From an unidentified bacterial endosymbiont (GTDB lineage: Bacteria; Pseudomonadota; Gammaproteobacteria; Enterobacterales; G038960095), in assembly GCF_918320885.1 (NCBI RefSeq), contig NZ_OU907312.1:534465-558464 (forward strand): a stretch of 24,000 bases of DNA, given 5' to 3'. The position numbers and the translations under genes were made by a program. This document shows, piece by piece, positions 8,776 through 17,787 of this stretch. How positions within the stretch are numbered: position 1 is the stretch's first letter; every line of letters starts with the position of its first letter. The notes beneath the pieces were generated by a model. It did no database searches and was not told the DNA's origin. It worked only from the letters and a program-made list of their open reading frames with translations.

Positions 8776-10077
8776 AATCACTATCCTCATTACTGGAGTG
8801 GGCATAAAATCCTGAATGGTCGTAAAATAAATAAACTGTTACAAACACTGGACCAGTTTTATCAACCTTTAGGGCAGACGGCTGCATTGCCAAAATTTAT
8901 TACAGAGGATCTATTCCAACCGCCCAATCAAGCAGTAGCGGCTTCCCCATCAGGGGGTGCTGGCTTCATCAATAGGAGGGTGTCACGGTTGCAAACGAAT
9001 GCTCAGAAGAGGCTATTACAGCAGCCAATCAAAGCATTTCTGCTGTCCGATACCCATCATCAAACTCTAGCCCAGCAGCAGTTAAAGCAGGCATTCACTC
9101 AAGGGCAGATCAGTGACGAACGCTTTGATCGCTTTTTGAAGTTATCCAGCCATCAACGGCTGGTACTGCATGGCTTTATGGTGGCTTATCAACGGTTACC
9201 GGCCAGTCTACCTCGGCGGGCACTACCCTTAGATCGAATCGACCACGCCCCAGGTAGATCCAGTGGGCCTACTGATTTTTCAACCTTACCTATCGTCGAG
9301 CAGCTCTCCATCGTGGGAGAGGCTGCCGCCAGTCGGGTTGGTTATCGACGAAAGATTGACCTACACACCCAGCAGCTACTCATGGTTAAAGGATTACCAG
9401 GCTTCAACAGTTACTATTCACGAGGGTTAGAAAATCAACTGGTAAAGCGTGATCACCAGTTAAGTTTTACAGGAGATCACCTCTATTCTAGGCTAGGGTT
9501 GAGTGCCCATCTGGTGACTCGAGAGCAGCCTCAAGGGAAAGAGTTATCGCTAGTATTTGGCGGTTTTAAGAGTCATCCAACCCTCCTAGGAAAATTCAAT
9601 CAGGCCAGAGCCATTCTGAACAACTTTTTTCATCTGCCTTGGACAGCAGCGCTCTACCAAGAGGCGTCAGAGTTAGCGAAGCAAGCGGCACACCATGCAC
9701 GCCAGCAGCGTTTCGACACCTTTACGGTGTCTGGACACTCGTTGGGGGGAAGTTTAGCTGAGTATGCGGTAGGGCAATATTCAGAGCTGATTAATCAGGC
9801 CAGAGTTTTTCAGGCTTTTCATGTCATGGGGAGCCACCGCCGGGCATTAAGTCGCAACCCATCAGCACAGGAGAAGATCACCAGTGTCGAGGTGAAAAAT
9901 GATTGGGTCACCTCACCGTTAGTTCATCGAAGCTTAGGGCAACTACGCACGATCGTACTATACCCTAAAAGGTATGATCAACCCATCCATGGCCAGTATG
10001 ATAGAAGGTTATTTAAAGCGGCCATGGATAATTTATCCAAGCTGAGCTCAACCCTAGCAGCAGCGCCTGCTGGTTAG
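8776..10077 (+). pseudogene. 3' fragment of the IS-interrupted class-3-lipase-like (alpha/beta-hydrolase) protein gene
   Basis: The track's GTG start at 8764 lies inside the IS right repeat. The true continuation begins at the AAT/CAC junction (N|HYPHYW). The C-terminal domain has the order LSLVFGGF ... VSGHSLGGSLAEYA (nucleophile elbow) ... NDWVTSP (Asp) ... PIHGQYD (His), as in the lipase_3 fold. Confidence 0.8.
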
Positions 10078-10708
10078 GCACTATGAATTCTGAGCAGGAC
10101 TGGGAAAAGAACGCTTGTAAACCGGTCAAGATATTATTCACGGCTACAGAAGCCAGAATAAGTCCCATCACCCGGCTGATCACGGCCGCACCGGTGACGC
10201 CGATCCAGCGTTGGATATCATTAGCCACCAGCAGCAACAGGTAAGTGATGAACAGGACGCTAAAAACCACCAGCATGGTGAATAGGTGGTCAAGGAGCGT
10301 AAAGCCATCTTTATCAGTGAGGAGCACCAAAGTCATCATAGCCCCCGGGGAGGCGATAGAAGGCACTGCGATGGGAAAAACCGCCACATCGCTCCTTTTG
10401 CTTTCTAAGCGCATCTCTTGATCGGGTTTGCTTTCGCCAAAAATCATCGTTAAGGCAAACAGCAACAACACTAGACCACCGGCCACTTGAAAGGCAGTTA
10501 ACGGGATCTGTAACGCCCCTAAGGTTAACTTACCCGCAAATAAAAAGAACAGTAAAATACCGGCAGAGACCAAAACAGCTCTACGTGCGACTTGCTGCTG
10601 CTCTTCTGGAGAGAATCGAGCCGTTTTCGCGAGGTAAACGGGAATAGTCCCAATTGGGTCAATAACGGCCCATAATACAATAAATTGAAACAATAAGGTC
10701 TCAAACAT
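10013..10708 (-). CDS. MarC/UPF0056 family membrane protein (second paralogue)
   Basis: The protein starts MFETLLFQFIVLWAVIDPIGTIPVYL and contains VFPIAVPSIASPGAMM and ISRVMGLILASVAV, the MarC family pattern. Start taken at ATG 10708 (the track uses TTG 10717). The ~30-aa C-terminal tail overlaps the convergent lipase-like gene by 65 bp. Confidence 0.8.
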   Translation of the reverse strand: MFETLLFQFIVLWAVIDPIGTIPVYLAKTARFSPEEQQQVARRAVLVSAGILLFFLFAGKLTLGALQIPLTAFQVAGGLVLLLFALTMIFGESKPDQEMRLESKRSDVAVFPIAVPSIASPGAMMTLVLLTDKDGFTLLDHLFTMLVVFSVLFITYLLLLVANDIQRWIGVTGAAVISRVMGLILASVAVNNILTGLQAFFSQSCSEFIVPNQQALLLGLSSAWINYPWPL

Positions 10709-10945
10709 ATCGCACAATTTCGCTTGTACAGTTAAGCCGCGTAGGGATTATGACTGAAAATGGCAGCTTTAGAAATCTACTTTTGCAATGAATGGGTAGA
10801 TCATGCTTGTTTTCAGAGTATCAACAGAATGTATCACTACCATTAACACCTGACACCCTTGGTTATTTCAAAGATGAATGAGTGACGTTCACAACAACTA
10901 CAGGCCCGAGGGTATGGCAACGCTGTGTGGCTTGGGAGTGAGGGG

Positions 10946-11272
10946 TTACTGCTTTGGTGCAGTCAGTGCCTCGATTAACCAGGCCTCATAAGCAGCCTCC
11001 GGGGTATCGACCGGCCAGGCCAGCAGTTCAGGCACCTGGTAAGGGTGGTGTTCCTTGAGCGTCATGAATAATGCGGCTTGCCGCTGGCTGTCGGTTTTCA
11101 GCAGTAATTGAATCTCAGTCTGTCGTTCAATAGTGCCCTGCCAATGATAGAGGGAGGTCATGGGCGGTAGATACGAGACACAGGCGGCCAAGCGTGCCTC
11201 AAGCACAATCTGTGCGAGCTGTTCGGCACAGGCCTGATCTGGAACAGTGCAGAGCACAACCACGATCTTCAC
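10946..11272 (-). CDS. cutA: divalent-cation tolerance protein CutA
   Basis: VVLCTxPD...LAAC...SLYxWxG...LLKT...HPYxxPELL matches CutA. It has a GTG start preceded by GAGGAGAG and lies next to dcuA as in E. coli. Confidence 0.9.
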   Translation of the reverse strand: MKIVVVLCTVPDQACAEQLAQIVLEARLAACVSYLPPMTSLYHWQGTIERQTEIQLLLKTDSQRQAALFMTLKEHHPYQVPELLAWPVDTPEAAYEAWLIEALTAPKQ

Positions 11273-11336
11273 AAAGCTCTCCTCAAAAAAGAGTGTTCAC
11301 GCTCTAACCGTGCCAGGATTCCTGGGGTTTCAGCCG

Positions 11337-12641
11337 TTACAGTACGACCGGTATCAACAAGAAACCAAAGAGTACGGAGAGGATGATAGCGACAATCCCT
11401 GGCAAAAAAAACGGGTGGTTAAAGAGATAGCGACCAATGCGTGTAGAGCCGGTATCGTCCATAGCTACCGCTGCCAGTAACGTGGGGTAGGTGGGTAGTA
11501 CGAACAGTGCAGAGACTGCGGCAAATGAGGCTACGACGGTGCTTGGGCTGACGCCAATCGCCAGAGCGGCTGGGAGCAGGGCTTTGGCGGTGGCTGCTTG
11601 TGAATAGAGTAGGGTAGAAGCGAAGAAAAGAGTGATCGCCAATAGCCAAGGGTAGGTGACTAGCCAGGCAGCAGCGATCTCCTGAATGGCCTCAAGGTGA
11701 TTGCTAATCAAGGTGTCGCCTAACCAAGCCACCCCTAAGATACAGACACAGGCGCTCATCCCTGCTTTAAAGGTATCACTAGCGATGATAGCCTGCCCCT
11801 CAACCCGACAGAGTAGGGTGATCAGCGTTGCTACACTGAGCATGGCGATCAGAATGGCTTGGTTTCGGGTTAGCAGTGGCTCTTGAATCCAGCCGACTGG
11901 ATCGCTGATGAGGATCGCATAACCGATCACCATAATAATGCCTAGAAGAAATAGCCCTACGGAGCGTTTTGCATAGTATGGCAGCGCGGATTGGCAACGG
12001 TGATGGACTGCTGTAGGGCTCCCAGTGGCGGGAGGGGGAACGTTGGGTTGGCTGTGTAGGGTGGTGGCCCCTCCCAGCCTGCTGAATAGCCCAGAAGTGA
12101 GTATCACCGCCGCCAAGGTTGCTGGGATAACAACCGCTAATAGTTGCAGGTAATCAATGCCAAAGGGTTTAATCAGGGAGGCCACCACCAAGACGGCGGC
12201 TGACAGTGGAGAGGCAGTAACCGCAATCTGCGAGGCGACTACCGCTAGAGAGAGGGGACGTGACGGCGGGATCCCCTGTGCTTTGGCTGCTTCGACGATC
12301 ACCGGTAACAGGGCCAGCGTAATATAACCAGTACCGGTTAACAGTGTCATACTGTAGGTGATTAATGGGGCTAAAAAGATGATCTGCCGCGGCTGGTGTT
12401 TCAAGAGAGACTCAATCCGTTGGACCAGATAATGCATCCCGCCAGCGGCTTGCATGGCGGCGATAGCGACGGTAACTGCCATAATCATCTCAATGACATC
12501 AAAAGGGATGCTGCCTGGTTTGAGGCCTAATAGGATGAGGAATAACAGACCAAAGCCGCTAGCTAAGCCAATACCGATGCTGCCGATTCGGGTGCCTAAA
12601 TACAGAGCGGACAGTACTAGAAGGCATTCAAGTAAGAGCAT
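11337..12641 (-). CDS. dcuA: anaerobic C4-dicarboxylate transporter DcuA
   Basis: 434 aa versus 433 in E. coli DcuA. Collinear throughout (FKAGMSACxCILGVAWLGDT, LLYSQAATAKAL, LPTYPTLxAAVxMDDTG[ST]TRIG). Confidence 0.93.
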   Translation of the reverse strand: MLLLECLLVLSALYLGTRIGSIGIGLASGFGLLFLILLGLKPGSIPFDVIEMIMAVTVAIAAMQAAGGMHYLVQRIESLLKHQPRQIIFLAPLITYSMTLLTGTGYITLALLPVIVEAAKAQGIPPSRPLSLAVVASQIAVTASPLSAAVLVVASLIKPFGIDYLQLLAVVIPATLAAVILTSGLFSRLGGATTLHSQPNVPPPATGSPTAVHHRCQSALPYYAKRSVGLFLLGIIMVIGYAILISDPVGWIQEPLLTRNQAILIAMLSVATLITLLCRVEGQAIIASDTFKAGMSACVCILGVAWLGDTLISNHLEAIQEIAAAWLVTYPWLLAITLFFASTLLYSQAATAKALLPAALAIGVSPSTVVASFAAVSALFVLPTYPTLLAAVAMDDTGSTRIGRYLFNHPFFLPGIVAIILSVLFGFLLIPVVL

Positions 12642-12977
12642 GAATTGTGATATCCCGTCATGAGGTTGGGCGCGGCTACTAGCGCCTTCGATGGAGAGCG
12701 CTGCTGATCAAGGTGTGTTACTGGGTCTTGTCCGGTGACCACCGGAGTCTCTTCACCGGGTGAGCATCGCAATGCGGGTTGAGTTTACCCGATAGCCACG
12801 CTCACGCAAATGATTATTGTGAGTTGCTCTCGCTTGACAGCTAGGCTGATTAGCGGGGATGTTTCCAGGCTCTTTTGGCACCATCAAGGTAGGTGACCCT
12901 AGCCGATTGACGCGTGAGTGCCTGGGGAATCGGGCTTAGGTATTCTATCCAGCTGGCGTAAAAATTTTTGTTCGTTG

Positions 12978-13009
12978 CCCCTTGAAGTTAACTGAAACGC
13001 CCTCACCTA
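12978..13009 (+). promoter_or_regulatory. sigma-32 heat-shock promoter of groES-groEL
   Basis: CCCCTTGAA (-35, 12978-12986), then a 13-nt spacer, then CCCTCACCTA (-10, 13000-13009). Compare the E. coli groE promoter CCCCCTTGAA-N13-CCCCATTT. It lies ~90 nt upstream of groES. Confidence 0.7.
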
Positions 13010-13101
13010 GAGATTCACGGGCCTGATAGGTCTCGACACTGAAACGAACACATCCATCATTTTGTCTGAGGATATTGTTCCAATACTTTAGGAGAGCATC
13101 G

Positions 13102-13395
13102 ATGAAAATCCGTCCATTGCATGATCGGGTCATGATTAAACGTCAAGAGGTTGAATCCAAATCAGCCGGGGGCATTGTATTAACGGGTACCGCTGCTGGT
13201 AAGTCCACGCGAGGCGAGGTTCGAGCGGTAGGCAAAGGGCGCATCTTGGATAATGGCAACCTGAAGCCATTAGATGTCAAAGTCGGTGACACAGTTATTT
13301 TTAATGATGGCTACGGCGTTAAGGTTGAAAAGATAGCGGGTGAAGAGCTACTAATTCTCTCTGAAACCGATATTTTAGCTATTGTAGAAGCGTAG
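13102..13395 (+). CDS. groES: co-chaperonin GroES
   Basis: [29 protein letters not shown]...DILAIVEA matches E. coli GroES. The start is ATG 13102 after GGAGAG; the track start at 13075 is too long. Confidence 0.96.
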   Translation: MKIRPLHDRVMIKRQEVESKSAGGIVLTGTAAGKSTRGEVRAVGKGRILDNGNLKPLDVKVGDTVIFNDGYGVKVEKIAGEELLILSETDILAIVEA

Positions 13396-13429
13396 TCATA
13401 GCACGCTGATTATTGTAGTAAACCATTAG

Positions 13430-15118
<1,689 letters not shown>

Positions 15119-15275
15119 TTCGAGAGGAGCGTCGCACAGGTAGCTAGCCTCTCCTGGTAGACTACACGGCGTCACTGATTGATTTATCATTGTTTCACTT
15201 AATAAAACTAAAATACCGAGATCCGTCATAGGAGACGGCGTGGGTGTAGGCAGTCCGCTATGCCCACTGCCAACC

Positions 15276-15304
15276 CACTGATTCACAAGAACAGTGAATC
15301 AGTG
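15276..15304. other. perfect 11-bp stem / 7-nt loop hairpin in the groEL 3' region
   Basis: CACTGATTCAC AAGAACA GTGAATCAGTG. No U-tract follows on either strand. Confidence 0.6.
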
Positions 15305-15320
15305 CCTTAGGGTAATCTCT

Positions 15321-15352
15321 CTGAGCCCTGCCTTGCAAGAGGTAGGGCTCAG
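15321..15352 (+). other. 14-bp stem-loop capped by a GCAA (GNRA) tetraloop, strand-asymmetric
   Basis: CTGAGCCCTGCCTT GCAA GAGGTAGGGCTCAG has 12 Watson-Crick pairs plus 2 G-U pairs on the plus-strand RNA. Those two positions become A-C mismatches on the minus strand, so the fold favours the groESL-sense transcript. It overlaps the antitoxin stop codon. Confidence 0.55.
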
Positions 15353-15507
15353 TCACGTTCATTCTTAGGGGGTCTAAGCTCTGCAACGGTCTGACTTCCC
15401 TTGGTGATCCATAGTCCATGCTGATGGATGCGCACGCGATCAATGATTGCCGATAGATTTCGTGCTAACTCAGTCGCAGTGATGCTGTCTTGGTCTTCAA
15501 GGTACAT
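15349..15507 (-). CDS. Phd/YefM-type antitoxin, short (52 aa), no partner toxin
   Basis: MYLEDQDSITATELARNLSAIIDRVRIHQHGLWITKGSQTVAELRPP fits the Phd/YefM N-terminal pattern (S.TE.R.NL...D.V......IT..G...A.L.P). Start taken at the internal ATG 15507 after GAGGAAG. The longer track ORF would run through its own likely promoter. Confidence 0.55.
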   Translation of the reverse strand: MYLEDQDSITATELARNLSAIIDRVRIHQHGLWITKGSQTVAELRPPKNERD

Positions 15508-15543
15508 AGTATTTTTCTTCCTCAGGAAGGGTAGTTGCTTAGC

Positions 15544-15563
15544 TGTATAATATGGGTTATACA
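15544..15563. promoter_or_regulatory. operator-like inverted repeat overlapping a candidate promoter of the antitoxin
   Basis: TGTATAA-N6-TTATACA, 37 nt upstream of ATG 15507. On the minus strand it overlaps TTGTTT-N18-TATTAT. Confidence 0.35.
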
Positions 15564-15804
15564 CATTTTTAAACAATCCCCCATTGGCTTGCCTGACTGT
15601 TTTGAGAAGTGCGCTTTCGCTTCATGATGATGAATAGTTTTCATCAGCTGTTCTCTTCATTCAGTGCTTCATTAGACTCAGTCTAGATCAGAATAGGATT
15701 AAGGGGCTATTGCTCTCCTAGATATGGACTCTGCCCTACAGATGAGAGGGGTAAGCCGAAGAGCGTGTTAGTAGCCAGGCCATGTGGAGGACCAGGGGGG
15801 CTCT

Positions 15805-16263
15805 TTAAGGTGAACTAGAGGCTAATAACCGGGTTAAATCTTGTTTAACAGCCATCATCTGCGATGCATACTGCTCTTTATCAGCGGCTGCTGTTACCAG
15901 ATGTATGACGGCTCTAGAGAGGGTTAACTGTCGCTGCTGGGCGTAGTCTACCAGGCATTGCCACGCTAGAAATTCCAAATCGATCGATTTTTTTCGCGTA
16001 TCAGGTAGTTCCGCATTGAAATGACGTTTACGGCGGGCGCGAATGGATTGCTTTAATTGTCTATCCAAATCAGGGTTCATATGGCTGGTGATCCACTGAA
16101 CGACTTGAGTAGGCTGATGCTCTAGTTGTAGTAGAAGATCAGTGGCAGCTTCAGCGGCATGCTGATCTAAATGGCACGTAATCGCCACACCTTCTCGATG
16201 TTTTTTAACCAAATAGTGCCATTTCCAACCGCTTTCTAGGTTATCGAGTTGCTGATATTTCAA
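15805..16263 (-). CDS. matP: macrodomain Ter protein MatP
   Basis: (L/M)[24 protein letters not shown]...[12 protein letters not shown]...[10 protein letters not shown] matches E. coli MatP ([25 protein letters not shown]...). The homologous start is TTG 16263 preceded by GAGAGGA, giving 152 aa versus 150 in E. coli. The track's ATG at 16314 adds 17 non-homologous residues. Confidence 0.9.
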   Translation of the reverse strand: [152 protein letters not shown]

Positions 16264-17548
16264 GGTGACATCCTCTCGCCATTTGACCAAGCAGCCCATC
16301 AGAGATGGTCCCATCGGCCGCTTCAGGAACGTTGTGGTACTTTAACTGCGTCAAGTGCCGTAAATAATGGTCGTTCTCTCTTATCTCTTGCAGTAAATCA
16401 TCCTGGTAGAGGGCGGGAGCAGAGCGCTGCTCATCAGGGTTACTGTCTACTCGTTTAATTTGGGTAATATCCCAACCCCATTCGTCAATCAGTTGTCGTA
16501 AAACGGCTTGGCGCCAGCCACTGCCCGTGATCGGATGGCTGGTATGATCGCGTACTTTCCGATAAAAACAGCGCCGCACCCGTTCAAGGCGGTGACTATC
16601 TCCCCTGCTGGTTAAATAATGAGTGATGCGGTCCAGTACCATGCAATAGGGATCCAATCCAAAAGAGTTCCGACGCCCCTGCTGGAGCTGTTGTTTAAAG
16701 TCTAGCGCAAGCCACGGGCTATGCGATGGCTCCATAGCGTAGATCTCTAATAACAGGTTTTTTAATATCGCTTTATAGGGTGCCTGGAGATTATTCTCCA
16801 GTTGTTGGCGTGCTGCCATGCAATAGTTAAAGGCTACCGGGCGCTTAAGGCCGCCCAGATCAAACCAGTGCGCTCGATCGACGATACCTTGCTGATAGAG
16901 CCAGGCTAGATAGTGCTCATAGTGGGGCTCCTGCTCTAGGGGGATGATAGGCCAAATCAGACGCTTGCCCGCTAAACGGACCTGAGTACGGTAAAATTCT
17001 TCTAATAATAGTTGATCGTGAAGCACCTGCTGAACCAATGGGTTGCTGGCAAAAGGCCTCTGATCCCGGAAGCGCTGTTCATCAATAATAAAAAAACTGG
17101 TGATCACCCCATGCTGTTGGGCCCACTCGCTGAGTAACTGGCATTTTTGCTGCAAGGCATTGCGAGCACTAAAGGGTAGTGCAGCCTGTAGACAGATCCA
17201 GAGATCAAGATCGGAGGTAGTGGTCTGCCCAAGAGAAGCAGTGCTCCCCATGCTATACAGGGCGGCAATGGCTGGGGGACCCTGACGGATCAGTTGAATC
17301 CGGTGGCTAGGTATCACAGAATGATGCAGTAACCACTGCTGTTGCAGTGATGCCTGGAATAAACAGATGCCCTGGGGGACCTCACCTGTCAAGTAACCTG
17401 GTAACTGTGGATGGTGGTAATGCAACAGCAGCGGTAGTAGCTGATAAACGTGCTGGAAGGTGGGACTACCGGCCGCTAAAGTCCGGACTACACGCAGTTG
17501 GTTGATCGCCTCCAAGCGCTTTTTAAGAGTTTCTATAGAGGGCGGCAA
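16241..17548 (-). CDS. cyaA: class I adenylate cyclase, N-terminal catalytic half only (435 aa versus 848 in E. coli)
   Basis: IETLKKRLEAINQLRV, LLPLLLHYHHPQLPGYL, MGSTASLGQTTTSDLDLWIC, LLLEEFYRTQVRLAGKR, FGLDPYCMVLDR and EWGWD are collinear with E. coli CyaA residues ~1-440. It uses a TTG start as E. coli cyaA does and is divergent from hemC as in E. coli. The ORF stops 23 bp inside matP. Confidence 0.88.
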   Translation of the reverse strand: MPPSIETLKKRLEAINQLRVVRTLAAGSPTFQHVYQLLPLLLHYHHPQLPGYLTGEVPQGICLFQASLQQQWLLHHSVIPSHRIQLIRQGPPAIAALYSMGSTASLGQTTTSDLDLWICLQAALPFSARNALQQKCQLLSEWAQQHGVITSFFIIDEQRFRDQRPFASNPLVQQVLHDQLLLEEFYRTQVRLAGKRLIWPIIPLEQEPHYEHYLAWLYQQGIVDRAHWFDLGGLKRPVAFNYCMAARQQLENNLQAPYKAILKNLLLEIYAMEPSHSPWLALDFKQQLQQGRRNSFGLDPYCMVLDRITHYLTSRGDSHRLERVRRCFYRKVRDHTSHPITGSGWRQAVLRQLIDEWGWDITQIKRVDSNPDEQRSAPALYQDDLLQEIRENDHYLRHLTQLKYHNVPEAADGTISDGLLGQMARGCHLEISATR

Positions 17549-17787
17549 GGGTAGTCGCTTAGGTCTTAGGTTCGGTAGGCTATCACTATAACACTTTTAA
17601 ACTGGCAGGAGGAGTGAACCACCGATACAGAAGCCAGGCTGCTCTAAAGAGCCGCTCACAGAGGGGTCCAGGATTGACTCTCTCCTCGGCTAAGCTATAT
17701 TGTTGGGCTAGTAACCGGGGCTAGTTCGTTAACAGCGCTTGGTGGTCGTCACCGCAGCTATTGCACCCTGAGAGCTCTTGAAAAAAC

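Noticed and set aside
15621-15672. Four TTCAT motifs between the antitoxin and matP, possibly iteron-like
   Set aside because: The spacing is irregular (19, 16, 12 nt), the motif is short and the context is AT-rich. There is no support for a binding array.
17645-17660. TCACA half-site in the cyaA-hemC intergenic region as a CRP operator (cyaA is CRP-repressed in E. coli)
   Set aside because: The left half (AAAGA) matches TGTGA at only 2 of 5 positions, which is not enough to call a site.
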